Source of the DNA: Leptonemataceae bacterium
GTDB taxonomy: Bacteria > Spirochaetota > Leptospiria > Leptospirales > Leptonemataceae
Reading direction: 5' to 3'
DNA: 64,000 nt
Assembly (NCBI GenBank): GCA_965227295.1
Contig: OZ245742.1
Location: 3,264,001-3,328,000, forward strand
Below are positions 31,869-41,673 of the stretch, one piece after another; the first letter of the stretch is position 1, and the number at the start of each line of letters is the position of its first letter. Position numbers and translations under genes: made by a program. The notes below the pieces were generated by a model, which was given only the letters and a program-made list of their open reading frames with translations, did no database searches and was not told where the DNA came from.

Positions 31869-33293
31869 TTAAGGTTTCACCGGCCCCATGCTGCGTTCTT
31901 TCGAATTCGTCGTCGCCGGAACGAGCGCCTTCGACTTCGGTTTCGTTGCGATCATCCGCACGATTTTCTCGTGACCGCGGTGTTTCGCAAAGCCGGCCGC
32001 GTTCCAGCCGTCCAGCTCCAGCTCCGGATCGGCGCCGGCCTTGAGGAGGGCCTCCACCACGTCCGCGTGACCGAACCAGGCGGCATACATCAGCGCGGTC
32101 CAGCGGCCGTTGTTGCGAGCGTTCGGATCGGCGCCGCGAGCGAGCAGGTCCTGCGCTCTTTTTCCGTCGCCGTCATAGGCGCTGCGCAGAAGCGGCACGT
32201 TCAACGAAGGATCGATGGTGACGTTCGTGTCGTCGTCCGCATCGTCGGCATCATCATTCGAATCTTCGTCGCTCACCGCCGCGTCCGGATCGATGAACGT
32301 GACGGTGTATTCGAAACTCTCGGCCTTGCCGGCGACCATTACGTTGCCGATCTTAACATCAATTGAGATATCTTTAGTGGGACGGTTGTAATCGTTCTGA
32401 TGCGTGGCCCGGGGCAGGCCCGTCGGATACCAGACCAGGATGTGTCCGTTCGTTTCTTTGCGCACGGATACGTTGCGGCCGTTCATGGTCAGGCGAACCG
32501 TGGCGCGTTTGTGATCGGCGTTCTCGCCGAAGTGCTGGAAGGACCAGGGATGGCCGGAGTCGTAGCCGTGGCGGTAGGGCATGTAACCCGCGGCCGGCCA
32601 GGCCACGGATTCGATGCCGGCCACTTCTTCTTCGGAGCGCCAGTCGCCGAACACGTAGAGGGCGTGCGCGCGTTTGCTCGAACCGCTGCCGAGGACCTTC
32701 TGCCGCGGATGCAACGCCCACACGCGATGGCCGACGGCACCCACGCCCGCGTCCTGAATGTAGGCGTCGATGGCGCTCGGGCCGACGCAGCCCAGGCACA
32801 GATTCGAAGAGCCGGCGCCTTTTTTACCGGCCGCGCTGTAGCACGGCCAGTTCGGCCCCGGGCCGTGGCTCAGGTCGTTCTTCGCTTCCATCATCAACGC
32901 CGCGGCGCGGGCGGGGGCGTTGTATTTTTCGTCGAAGCTGACATCGGCCGGCACGCCGGCCATGGCGCGATAGTAGCGCAGGTTCTGGAGCGTCGCCGCA
33001 TCGTAGGCCGCGCTGTTGTTGCCGACTTTACACGAACTCGTGCTGCCGGTCCAGGCGTTGGGCACGCCATCATGGGGAACGTAATTCTTCTTATAAAAAG
33101 CCGCCACGGCACTGCGATTGCTGACGTCGACGCTGAGCGCACGGCCGGTGCTGCGTGCGCGAACACGTTGCACTCCGTCCGGCGCGCGGAAGTCCGGGGC
33201 TTCGCCGGTTTTCGTGGAATCAGCGGGTTGGGCGATGAGCGCGGCGGTGGTGAGGGTGAGGATGACGGTGGTGCGAACGACGGGAAAGCGCAT
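31869..33293 (-). CDS. Secreted CAP (SCP)-domain protein with C-terminal ankyrin repeats
   Basis: Signal peptide; YYRAMAGV, AALMM...LSH, SSNL, GHRVWAL; acidic linker; WTALMYAAWFGHADVVEALLKAGADP. Confidence 0.8.
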   Translation of the reverse strand: MRFPVVRTTVILTLTTAALIAQPADSTKTGEAPDFRAPDGVQRVRARSTGRALSVDVSNRSAVAAFYKKNYVPHDGVPNAWTGSTSSCKVGNNSAAYDAATLQNLRYYRAMAGVPADVSFDEKYNAPARAAALMMEAKNDLSHGPGPNWPCYSAAGKKGAGSSNLCLGCVGPSAIDAYIQDAGVGAVGHRVWALHPRQKVLGSGSSKRAHALYVFGDWRSEEEVAGIESVAWPAAGYMPYRHGYDSGHPWSFQHFGENADHKRATVRLTMNGRNVSVRKETNGHILVWYPTGLPRATHQNDYNRPTKDISIDVKIGNVMVAGKAESFEYTVTFIDPDAAVSDEDSNDDADDADDDTNVTIDPSLNVPLLRSAYDGDGKRAQDLLARGADPNARNNGRWTALMYAAWFGHADVVEALLKAGADPELELDGWNAAGFAKHRGHEKIVRMIATKPKSKALVPATTNSKERSMGPVKP

Positions 33294-33519
33294 GATGGGA
33301 TGTTGGACGAATCGGCGCACGGCCGCGAGCGATTTTTTCTGGGGAGAGGTGGCTCCGACGACGACAATAATTCCGGTGCCTCCTCCAGGATGCATCGCAA
33401 GAGCCTATGGGGGCGACGACTTGAGGAAAGTCTCGCGAGGCGGCTCTCTGCCACAACCGCTTTAAATTTGAGTGACCGGGGCAACTTGCCAGGTATGATT
33501 TCCGTTCGCATCTTTGCGT

Positions 33520-33632
33520 TAGCGATGTGCAGGGTCGCGCGTAGCGCGAGTCCGAAGGACCGAAGCCGAAGGCGGAGCCCGGAGCAGCGCGACGGCCCGC
33601 CGCTTTCGCGGCGCGGCGGGCCGGAACGCCCC
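33520..33632. repeat. GNA-triloop hairpin cluster (second REP-like family), copy 1
   Basis: TCGCGC-GTA-GCGCGA, GTCC-GAA-GGAC, GCC-GAA-GGC, then GGCCCGCCGC...GCGGCGGGCC. Confidence 0.6.
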
Positions 33633-33773
33633 AAAAAACAATGCGAGGAAGCCCCTGTGTTTCGTCCTCTATCCGTAGGACTTGAATCATGTAGAAGCCT
33701 GCTCAAGAACGTGTAAGATCAAAACAACTGATTTACAGTCTCCACCGTCTGATCCATGTCATGTCGAACTGAT

Positions 33774-33983
33774 ATGGATCTTGACGATGAATTCTACAGG
33801 AAAGTTCGCGATCTCACCGCCGCCGACTTCGACGGTCACACCGAGTTTCACCGGCTCACTCCGGCCCAGCGCCTCGCGTGGCTCTCCGCGGCCGTGAAGT
33901 TTTATTACGAGAACACGAAAGAATTGCCGCCGCGCCTCCGGCCGCCCGGCCAGGCAGAGATCGATTTCTGGACGCGGGAGTGA
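33774..33983 (+). CDS. Small hypothetical protein, antitoxin-like
   Basis: 69-aa ORF with FDGHTEFHRLTPAQRLAWL; codon usage looks coding. Confidence 0.5.
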   Translation: MDLDDEFYRKVRDLTAADFDGHTEFHRLTPAQRLAWLSAAVKFYYENTKELPPRLRPPGQAEIDFWTRE

Positions 33984-34004
33984 GCAATAAGGGAAGAGTC
34001 TTTC

Positions 34005-34171
34005 ACAACGAGGACCGAGGTACCGAGGAGAAGAGGTGGCGGTTTTTCGGTGAAAGGACATCGGGTTGCTATTTCTTTCGTCTTGTTTTTTATCATTCCG
34101 CGATCCTTGCCGCACGATGTCCCTTCATGACCACCTCCGTTTCTTTCCCTCGGTACCTCGGTCCTCGGAGT
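34005..34171. repeat. REP/REPIN-like inverted-repeat element, copy 6
   Basis: ACAACGAGGACCGAGGTACCGAG (34005-34027) ... CTCGGTACCTCGGTCCTCGGAGT (34149-34171); inner pairing GAGGTGG/CCACCTC and GGACATCG/CGATGTCC. Confidence 0.85.
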
Positions 34172-34184
34172 ATGAATATTTCAT

Positions 34185-34211
34185 TAAATCCCGCGCAAAC
34201 CCCGCCGATAT
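34185..34211 (+). promoter_or_regulatory. Sigma28 (FliA)-like promoter
   Basis: TAAA-N15-GCCGATAT ending 30 nt before ATG 34242. Confidence 0.55.
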
Positions 34212-34241
34212 TAAGAAACGGCCCCTCGTGTCCGAACGCCA

Positions 34242-36260
34242 ATGAAGCAGATGATCCGCCACAGCCACGCCGTTCTATTCGCCGCGCTGCTTGCAGGCTT
34301 TGCCGGGGCCGTGCATGCGCAGAGCGATCCGGCGGAAGCCGTCTCCGGCGCGCACATCCTGGAAAACCTCGGACTCCCGAACTGGCAGGGCCACGACTAC
34401 GCGCCGCAGATTTCGCCGAACGGGGAGTTCTTGATCTTCCAGTCCGATCGCCCCGGCCGCTACGAAGGACACAATCTCTGGTATACGCGCAACGCGAACT
34501 ATAGCGATCGTTTCGGCAAGCCGGACTGGGCCGTGCCGATTCCGTTGTCCTTGCCCCCGGGCAAGCCGGCGACGCCGACGATGAAGATCGTGCGACCGGT
34601 GGGAACCCTGGAGGATCCGGACGGCGGCTTCACTGTAAACAGCGACGGCTTCGAGGGCATGGCCTCGGTAGTTTACCGGAACGGACAGCCGGTGGAGCTC
34701 TACTTCACTTCGCCGCGTCGTAATGATGCCGGCGGTTATGCCGGCTTGAACATCTACTACACGCGCTTTCGCGATCAACGCTGGTCCGCGCCCATCCATC
34801 TCAACGAAATCAACACGAACTTCGACGATCGCATGCCCGTGGTCTCCCACGACGGCAAACACATGTACTTCGTTTCGAACCGTCCGGGCGGCTTCGGCGG
34901 CAACGACATCTGGTACAGTTATCGCGAGTTGCATACGAAGAACGCGAAGGATCCGGACTTCGGTTCGTGGACGAAACCGGTCAACGCGGGCGAGGCCTGG
35001 AACACGCGCTTTCACGAAAACGCGCCGTCGCTTTCGCCGGACGGTGAGATCTTTTTCTTTTCCTCGGATCGGCCCGGCGGTTTCGGTCACTACGATCTCT
35101 ACTTCAGTCGACGCAACGGAAACATCTGGGAACAACCGAAGAACCTGGGCGCCGACTTCAACAGCAGCCGCGACGACGAATTCTTCTCCATGACTCACGA
35201 CGGCCTGTGGGCTTACTTCGCTTCGGATCGTCGACAGGATGATGCGCGGGGTGAGTTTGATCTGTATCGTCGTAGTCTGCCCGAGTGGCTGCGCATGAAC
35301 GTTAAGGTCCTGTTCACCGGCCAGGTTCTCGACGGTTCCACGCGCCGGCCCCTGGGTGTGTCCGCGACGATCAAAATCTACTACGAACGTGAAACGATGG
35401 TCCTGCGTTCGTCGGTGTTTCGCAAAGATCCCGCGTTGAACGAAAGCGAGTACGAAAACAATTTTCACACGACGCTGGATGCCGGCCGGCGCTATCGCGT
35501 TGTAATCTCCGCGCCCGGTTTTTATCCCGAAGAACTGAGCCTCGATTACACCGGCGCAAATCCGCCGAAGAAACTCGACCGGCGCGTGATCGTCCTGCAA
35601 CCCATTAAGATCGAACCGGTGGAGCCCGAGAAACGCCTGCGCTCCGAGGAGGGCGTCGTGGTGGATGCGGAGAGCGGTCTGCGCATTCCCGGCCCGGCGG
35701 CGCGTCTCAACCTCAGCGTGGAAGGCGAGGATCCGGTACCGGTGGAAGTGGATGAGAACGGCCGCTTCCGGATTTTCGTTCCCGAAGATACCGTCTTCAA
35801 CCTGCGGGCCGAAGCCCAACAGTACGAAAGCAAGACCGAAACGTTAAGCTATGATCCCGATCGCGAGCAAATTGTGATGGCGCTCAAACCGCTCAAGGAT
35901 GTGCCGCCGTGTCCGGACAATCAAAAGGTCGAATGCATTTACTCGCTGCGCATCTTCTTCGAATTTCGTGAGTCGGAACTTCGTAATACCGAGGCGGAGA
36001 AGATTAACGCCGTCGCCCGCATTATGAAAGCGAATCCCACCGTGAGCATTCGTCTGATCGGCCACACCGATCGCATCGGCGGTGATCAGTACAACCTGCG
36101 GTTGTCCGAGTCCCGCGCAAGAAGCGTACGGGACGCCTTAATCGCACGGGGTATCGCAGCCGATAGATTAAAGATAGAAGGGCGGGGAAAACTCGAACCT
36201 TACGATCCGAACGATCGTGCCCTGAACAGGCGCGTGGAGTTTCGTGAGGTCAAAGAGTGA
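34242..36260 (+). CDS. PD40 (TolB-like) repeat protein with C-terminal OmpA peptidoglycan-binding domain
   Basis: APQISPNGEFLIFQSDRPG, YFVSNRPGGFGGNDIW; GHTDRIGGDQYNLRLSESRA...NRRVEF. Confidence 0.9.
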   Translation: MKQMIRHSHAVLFAALLAGFAGAVHAQSDPAEAVSGAHILENLGLPNWQGHDYAPQISPNGEFLIFQSDRPGRYEGHNLWYTRNANYSDRFGKPDWAVPIPLSLPPGKPATPTMKIVRPVGTLEDPDGGFTVNSDGFEGMASVVYRNGQPVELYFTSPRRNDAGGYAGLNIYYTRFRDQRWSAPIHLNEINTNFDDRMPVVSHDGKHMYFVSNRPGGFGGNDIWYSYRELHTKNAKDPDFGSWTKPVNAGEAWNTRFHENAPSLSPDGEIFFFSSDRPGGFGHYDLYFSRRNGNIWEQPKNLGADFNSSRDDEFFSMTHDGLWAYFASDRRQDDARGEFDLYRRSLPEWLRMNVKVLFTGQVLDGSTRRPLGVSATIKIYYERETMVLRSSVFRKDPALNESEYENNFHTTLDAGRRYRVVISAPGFYPEELSLDYTGANPPKKLDRRVIVLQPIKIEPVEPEKRLRSEEGVVVDAESGLRIPGPAARLNLSVEGEDPVPVEVDENGRFRIFVPEDTVFNLRAEAQQYESKTETLSYDPDREQIVMALKPLKDVPPCPDNQKVECIYSLRIFFEFRESELRNTEAEKINAVARIMKANPTVSIRLIGHTDRIGGDQYNLRLSESRARSVRDALIARGIAADRLKIEGRGKLEPYDPNDRALNRRVEFREVKE

Positions 36261-36443
36261 ACGCTTGTTCCGGTTATTGGAAGCTAACAGTTCTTTAACA
36301 ATCAAGAAACAGGTCTGTTTCAGTTTATAAAAAGATTCGTTAAATTTTTGCTTTTGTTTCGTCCAACGGAACAGTAATCTGCTCTGACGATTAAATTTTC
36401 TAAAAGAAACCGGGCTCAGGCCGGGGTTAAGCTGTTACACGTT

Positions 36444-37694
36444 ATGTCACAACAATCTATGGCTATGCAATCAGCCGGGCGGAGCGCTTCCGCGGGCACC
36501 GTGGACAAACCAGGAGCAGGCCGGGGACGCACCGTGGAACCGACAACGATTACCAGACAGGGACGGGATTGGGATTTCATTCGCGAACGCGAAAAACTCG
36601 ACTACCTGATCCTCGAAAAGCTTAAGACTGTACGATTTTATCTTAAGAACACCGATCCGCCCGCGGAGTTTTACGTCGGCGAACAAAAAGAAGGAAACAT
36701 CCTCTTTCACTGCCCGCCGGACGCGGTTCTGCAGGACGAGGGCAAACTCACGCTCTATTCCACGCTCAAACGCCAGGTCGAACTGGACTTCGAAATCAAG
36801 GGCCGCCCCGATCCTGGCGCCGTCTTTCTGACGCCGGTGGAAGGTCGCATCTCCAGGGCCGATCGCGAGTTCCCGCGCATCAACAACGATCGCCACGCCA
36901 TTCATGCGGCGAATTTCCAGGTGTCGACTTCGGAGATCGCCGTGGACAATACGCGCGCCCACGTTGCAAACAAAGTCATCTACACCGAATTCGAAAAACG
37001 CCTGGCCCAGGAATTCCCGGGCATGAAGATTTACGACTACGCCACGCGCGAGCGTCCCCAGGCCACGAAGTACCTGAACAAACGCAACGAGGCGATTCTG
37101 GTCGAGAACGTCGCCGACTTCTCCACGTACGGTTCCAGCGGTCCCGGCATCGCGGACTACTACGAGATCCTCGTGGACGAAGACGAGATGCTGCCGGAGA
37201 AGGTCCGCCGCGCGTACCTCGAACGTCAGTTGCAATCGTTGCTCGTGCAGCCGATCCTCTACGAAATGACGAACGGTTCGAAGTTGCCCATCGCGTTCTT
37301 CTACGCGGAGATTCCTCACGGACATGAGCCCCTGGATCTCTCGGCGGTGGAGCGTCTTAAGGACATCGGCGAGGAAATCATCCATCGCATCGAGGACGCG
37401 TCGCTCGTGACCGTGAAGGAAAAGCAGAACGTGGTCAACGTTTCCGAGGGCGGGGTGGCACTTGAGTTGACCCACCCGGACCTTGTGAAATACGTGCCCT
37501 TACGCAGGCAGGTTACGTTCGACCTCGTCTTTCGCATGCAGGCTCCGCTGCGTTTCCGCGGCCGGGTGCAGCACGTGCAGAAGAACGGAACCGGCGGAGT
37601 CGTCGTGGGCGTAAGCCTCGAGGGCACGGGTCACAGCGATCACCGTACCGGAGCGCGCGAACGTCTGCGTAGCCTGATCAACTCGGTCAAGTAG
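36444..37694 (+). CDS. DUF1577-like / PilZ-type protein
   Basis: RADREFPR (RxxxR-like) and C-terminal NVSEGG PilZ motif; AT-rich upstream region. Confidence 0.65.
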   Translation: MSQQSMAMQSAGRSASAGTVDKPGAGRGRTVEPTTITRQGRDWDFIREREKLDYLILEKLKTVRFYLKNTDPPAEFYVGEQKEGNILFHCPPDAVLQDEGKLTLYSTLKRQVELDFEIKGRPDPGAVFLTPVEGRISRADREFPRINNDRHAIHAANFQVSTSEIAVDNTRAHVANKVIYTEFEKRLAQEFPGMKIYDYATRERPQATKYLNKRNEAILVENVADFSTYGSSGPGIADYYEILVDEDEMLPEKVRRAYLERQLQSLLVQPILYEMTNGSKLPIAFFYAEIPHGHEPLDLSAVERLKDIGEEIIHRIEDASLVTVKEKQNVVNVSEGGVALELTHPDLVKYVPLRRQVTFDLVFRMQAPLRFRGRVQHVQKNGTGGVVVGVSLEGTGHSDHRTGARERLRSLINSVK

Positions 37695-37715
37695 TACCGG
37701 TCATGAGACCGGTAC
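37694..37715. terminator. Short perfect hairpin between the PilZ-type gene and hisS
   Basis: GTACCGGTC-ATGA-GACCGGTAC; no U tract. Confidence 0.3.
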
Positions 37716-37733
37716 CGGCCTGCGCATTTGCTC

Positions 37734-39071
37734 GTGGCAGTCTCCGTTAAACCGTACATTGGATCCCGGGACTTTTATCCCGACAGCATAACGTTCCGCA
37801 ACTGGATGTTCGGAGTGCAGGCCGAGGTCTGCCGTCGTTACGGTTACGAGGAGTACGCCGCTCCGTTGCTTGAGCCGCTCGACCTGTACCGCGCGAAGTC
37901 TTCCGAAGAAATCGTTTCCGATCAGCTCTATCGTTTCACCGATCGCGGTGAGCGCGAGGTGGCCATTCGCCCCGAGCTCACGCCGACCCTGGCGCGCATG
38001 GTGGCGGCGCGTTTGCAAGAGCTGCCGCGCCCCATCCGCTGGTTCAACATCGGCAACTTCATGCGTTACGAGCGCCCCGGTCGCGGGCGCCTGCGCGAGT
38101 TCTTTCAGTTGAACGTGGACATGCTGGGCCCGGACAACGCGGCCGCGGACGCCGAAATCTTAATGCTCGCTCTGGATATCTTAAGCGGATACCGCGCCGA
38201 TGCCTCCATGTTCGAGGTGCGCTACAGCGACCGACGTTTGCTGGAGGCCTTCTTCGAAGGTTACGATTCCGAAAAGGTCCGCGCGATTTCGCGCATCATC
38301 GACAAACGGGACAAAATCAAGGCCGAAGAGTTCCAGGGACTCCTCGCCAACGAGTTTCAGGGCACGCCGGACGATGCGTCCGCCGGCATTGCAAAAGTAG
38401 AGGAACTGCTCGCGCTTACGAACGACGAACTCGCGCAGCGGGCCGGGGACTCCGGCGGATTCGGCGAAGTCGCCGCTCGTCTCGCGGACTTCCGTGCTTT
38501 CATGGACGGCCAGGGCTACGGCGATGCGCTGCGTTTCGATCCTTCGATCGTGCGCGGCTTTGACTATTATACCGGCTTCATTTTTGAAATCTACGATCGT
38601 GATCCGGAGAACAACCGCGCGTTGTTCGGCGGCGGTCGTTACAACAAACTCGTGGGCCTCTTCGGGAAAAACGAAATCCCCGCCGTGGGTTTCGGCATGG
38701 GCGACGTCACCCTTGAGAACTTCATCCGCTCGCACGATCTTACGCCGGCTGCGCTGGGTGAGCCCGCCGGCGTTTTCGTCGCCCTCATGGCGGACGAACT
38801 GCTTCCGGAAACCGCGAAGCTCGCCGGGGAATTGCGGAAGGCCGGCGTGGACGTCGAGCTCAGCCTGGAGGTCACGAAGAAGTTCGGCAAGCAATTCGAG
38901 CTGGCTGAAAAAAAGAGCCGCCGCTTCGTGTTAATCCTCGGTGAGAGTGAGTTAGCGAACGGGTTGGTGCGTGTGAAGGATCTGAAGAGCGGCGAGCAGG
39001 ATGATGTGCCGCGCGCCGATGTCGCCGCGAAGTTGTTGGGATCGATTCCGAAAAAATTCGAGGCCGATTAA
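37734..39071 (+). CDS. hisS: Histidine--tRNA ligase
   Basis: GSRDFYP, IRPELTP, RYERPGRGRLREFFQLNVD, VRGFDYYTG, GGGRY, AVGFGMG. Confidence 0.96.
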   Translation: MAVSVKPYIGSRDFYPDSITFRNWMFGVQAEVCRRYGYEEYAAPLLEPLDLYRAKSSEEIVSDQLYRFTDRGEREVAIRPELTPTLARMVAARLQELPRPIRWFNIGNFMRYERPGRGRLREFFQLNVDMLGPDNAAADAEILMLALDILSGYRADASMFEVRYSDRRLLEAFFEGYDSEKVRAISRIIDKRDKIKAEEFQGLLANEFQGTPDDASAGIAKVEELLALTNDELAQRAGDSGGFGEVAARLADFRAFMDGQGYGDALRFDPSIVRGFDYYTGFIFEIYDRDPENNRALFGGGRYNKLVGLFGKNEIPAVGFGMGDVTLENFIRSHDLTPAALGEPAGVFVALMADELLPETAKLAGELRKAGVDVELSLEVTKKFGKQFELAEKKSRRFVLILGESELANGLVRVKDLKSGEQDDVPRADVAAKLLGSIPKKFEAD

Positions 39072-39125
39072 AAAAATCCCGCGGAGCATCCGGAATCTGT
39101 CACACCCCGATGCTATCATGGCGGG

Positions 39126-39381
39126 ATGCCGTACGACGCCGCCTCAAAATACTTGATGCAACTCTCCGGCCGGCTCATTCTCCGGCGATTTCTGAAGTTG
39201 GATGTCACCCGCCTTGAGGCCGTCCAGGTCGAAGATGCGGCGGGAGGCCGAACAGAAGATCTGGAAAGCCGGGAATCTTTCGGATTACGAAAAAACGAGT
39301 TTACTGACGCTTTTTAGCATTTATACTGGATTGCACTATCCGAACCAGGCTGCGGAGTTCTTCCGGCGCAGGAGGCGATTT
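39126..39381 (+). pseudogene. Internally deleted, frameshifted Rpn-family (PD-(D/E)XK) nuclease gene
   Basis: Rpn-like N-terminus MPYDAASKYL in one frame joins C-terminal helices ([14 protein letters not shown]) in another frame; no nuclease core. Confidence 0.6.
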
Positions 39382-39615
39382 ATGATTGAATCACCGATCT
39401 ATGAATTGATCAAGCGCGAGGGACTGCAAGAGGGCAAGCGCAAAGGATTGCAAGAGGGCAAGCGCAAAGGATTGCAAGAGGGCAAGCGCAAAGGATTGCA
39501 AGAGGGCAAACTGGAGACAGCGCGCCGCATGCTCGCGCGAGGCCTGGATCTCCCCACGGTCCTTGAGTGCACGGGCCTTACCGAAGATGACCTTCGGGCG
39601 CACGAAATCGTCTGA
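39382..39615 (+). CDS. RpnS-like small protein (Rpn C-terminal tail)
   Basis: AGGAGG at 39370-39375, ATG 39382; [14 protein letters not shown](LQEGKRKG)n...[23 protein letters not shown]. Confidence 0.65.
   Translation: MIESPIYELIKREGLQEGKRKGLQEGKRKGLQEGKRKGLQEGKLETARRMLARGLDLPTVLECTGLTEDDLRAHEIV
39421..39509 (+). repeat. 24-bp coding tandem repeat, about 3.7 copies
   Basis: GGA(C/T)TGCAAGAGGGCAAGCGCAAA encoding GLQEGKRK. Confidence 0.9.
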
Positions 39616-39630
39616 CTATCCTGATCGATC

Positions 39631-39834
39631 ATGAAGCGCCTCGTGGTTCCTGTGTTGCTCTGTTGTACGCTGGGCCTGGCCCCGTTATTACCGGAGCCGC
39701 ATCTCTGGAAACAGTTTCTGAATCTGAGTCAGGGCCGCCCGATGGCCGTGTTGGACTGGGTTGATGTCGTAATGCACGGCGCGCCGTTTGTTTGGTTGGT
39801 GGTGGAGATTGTGCGGTGGCGTTCCCCTGCGTGA
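39631..39834 (+). CDS. Small membrane protein
   Basis: TLGLAP..PEPHLW.....DWVDVVMHGAP pattern; two hydrophobic segments. Confidence 0.65.
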   Translation: MKRLVVPVLLCCTLGLAPLLPEPHLWKQFLNLSQGRPMAVLDWVDVVMHGAPFVWLVVEIVRWRSPA

Positions 39835-39870
39835 AGTGCCTGTGTGCGGCCTATCATTGTTCGCCCGCCG

Positions 39871-40503
39871 CTACCACGGGGATCTGCTCGTCTGGGCCTT
39901 TATTTTATGGGCAAGATGGGCATCAAACTTAACTCCAAAAGTTGCCCATGTCTCGTAGAATCCCTGCAACTGAGACTTATGAACGGTTGTGCTTTTCCCA
40001 TGCACGATTTCATTTCTGAGTTTCGTAAAATCATTAAGTTTGGCGCGTAAATTCTTATTGTTTAGCTTCTGCCAGGACAATCCATCGAGAATATCTGTGA
40101 AGCCCAATGATTTAAATAATGTGATGATGTTCTGGGCATTCGGATTCGCTCGCGTACGAGCTATATCTAGAATTGCCTGAATGTCTTCAATTTGACCAGA
40201 AAAGATCGATGCCGCAGATTCCGCATAAACATCCGTGATGTAACCCTGTAGGTGGGCCGATAGTAGAGCTATGCCGGCAGCGTTCAGTGCTTGAACTTCT
40301 TTTGGGCGACCTCTGCCTGTTTCTTGTACAAGAACTTTTACAGCCTCTGCCACTGTGTTCAGATCTTTATTGCCGCCAGCAATTAGGCTTTCTGCCTTTT
40401 TGAGGCGTGTCAGCGCAGAATGAGCATCAAGCAATTGCTGGATTTCAGTCAGGCGATTCTCGAAATTGCTGAGTGCTTGCGATTTTCCCATACGTGCAGT
40501 CAT
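39871..40503 (-). CDS. HEPN-domain protein (RiboL-PSP/MAE_28990-like), putative RNase
   Basis: AGIALLSAHLQGYITDV helix and Rx4H motif RNEIVH; visibly more AT-rich than its flanks; start 40503 or 40491. Confidence 0.7.
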   Translation of the reverse strand: MTARMGKSQALSNFENRLTEIQQLLDAHSALTRLKKAESLIAGGNKDLNTVAEAVKVLVQETGRGRPKEVQALNAAGIALLSAHLQGYITDVYAESAASIFSGQIEDIQAILDIARTRANPNAQNIITLFKSLGFTDILDGLSWQKLNNKNLRAKLNDFTKLRNEIVHGKSTTVHKSQLQGFYETWATFGVKFDAHLAHKIKAQTSRSPW

Positions 40504-40562
40504 ATTCTGAGTGAGTCGCCAATTCACACAAGGAATAAATCCGTATGATATATAAATCTTGC

Positions 40563-41273
40563 CTATTTCCGCTCGGTTAAAATCTCCATCCGCCGCTGCA
40601 CCGTCTCCAGGAACTCCGCCGGTTTCCGCCCTGCGATCTTCCATACCCGCTCCGGCACCTCACGCAAGACCTGCGCAAACAGCCGCTCGTCTAATATCTT
40701 CTCAACAAACGTTAACAACTTCCATCGATCGTTCTTGCACAGGAAGTGATTCGAGTACAATTGAGCCCGAAGCACGGCCATGGGCACCTGGAATAACGCG
40801 AGGCTGCCGTGGTCGAGGATCACGTAGTTGCCATCCTGGTCCTGCGCAATGTTCCGCGAAATCGTCCCGCGATCCGTGTTCAGAAAAAACAGGTCCAGCG
40901 TGAAGATGGCGTGCAGCACGTCTTGCGGGATCTTCACGTATTCCGCCGCGTCCAGTGTCCGCAGCTCCGGAACATATTCGAGGCCCAGGTTCATTCCAAA
41001 AGATTTCGTGAGGATGTCGTCGAACTCGTCGGTGCCGAAATTCCAGGGGAAACCGTCTTCGATTTCGATCCAGGCACAATCGGGCACGGGCCAACCAAAG
41101 AACTGCGCGATGCGATTCGCGACGAACTCCGAGATCAACGACAGCATGCCGTTGCCGGTCCCGTGCATTTTTACGACGAACTCGCGGTCGTCTTCGGTGC
41201 GCGCGAGCGTGGGAGAGGAACTGCCGGGAAACTGGTGAACGAATTCAGCGAGGCGCGGGTATGACTCTGGCAT
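40563..41273 (-). CDS. HipA-family kinase
   Basis: GSSSP, FVVKMHG, LISEFVA, catalytic NTDR...NI...LDHG. Confidence 0.8.
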   Translation of the reverse strand: MPESYPRLAEFVHQFPGSSSPTLARTEDDREFVVKMHGTGNGMLSLISEFVANRIAQFFGWPVPDCAWIEIEDGFPWNFGTDEFDDILTKSFGMNLGLEYVPELRTLDAAEYVKIPQDVLHAIFTLDLFFLNTDRGTISRNIAQDQDGNYVILDHGSLALFQVPMAVLRAQLYSNHFLCKNDRWKLLTFVEKILDERLFAQVLREVPERVWKIAGRKPAEFLETVQRRMEILTERK

Positions 41274-41292
41274 TGCTATGAATTGAGTGACT

Positions 41293-41673
41293 TCAATCTC
41301 GCGTATACCACCAGGCCCACAGGATCAACGGCAGTTGCAGAATCATGCGCACGATCAACGCCGTTGTGGAAATCTCCATGCCCGCGCCGCCGCTGGTGTA
41401 ATGATAGAGGTTCGCCGGAAACACCGCGATCAAGAGGGCCACGACGCCCCAGGCGGCGAGCTTGCGCGTCGCCGTCGGAATCAGGAGCACTCCGAGCGCA
41501 ATCTCAATCGCGCCGCTCAAATAGACCAACTCCAGGTGCCACGGCAGATACGGCGGCATAATCTTCATGTAAAAGTCGGGATTTACGAAGTGATTTACGC
41601 CGGCCGCCACGTAGAGCAGGGCCATGAGATACAGGAGCACGGTTTTGATCATGACGGCAGAAGACCCGGCCAC
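41293..41673 (-). CDS. DoxX-like membrane protein
   Basis: AGVNHF..PDFY..IMPPYLP...SGAIE...AVFPAN. Confidence 0.8.
   Translation of the reverse strand: MAGSSAVMIKTVLLYLMALLYVAAGVNHFVNPDFYMKIMPPYLPWHLELVYLSGAIEIALGVLLIPTATRKLAAWGVVALLIAVFPANLYHYTSGGAGMEISTTALIVRMILQLPLILWAWWYTRD

Noticed and set aside
36261..36443. AT-rich stretch as a replication origin or foreign DNA
   Set aside because: No DnaA-box cluster or iterons; most simply a promoter region
39421..39509. 24-bp tandem repeat as a CRISPR or iteron array
   Set aside because: No spacers; it is an in-frame coding repeat typical of Rpn tails
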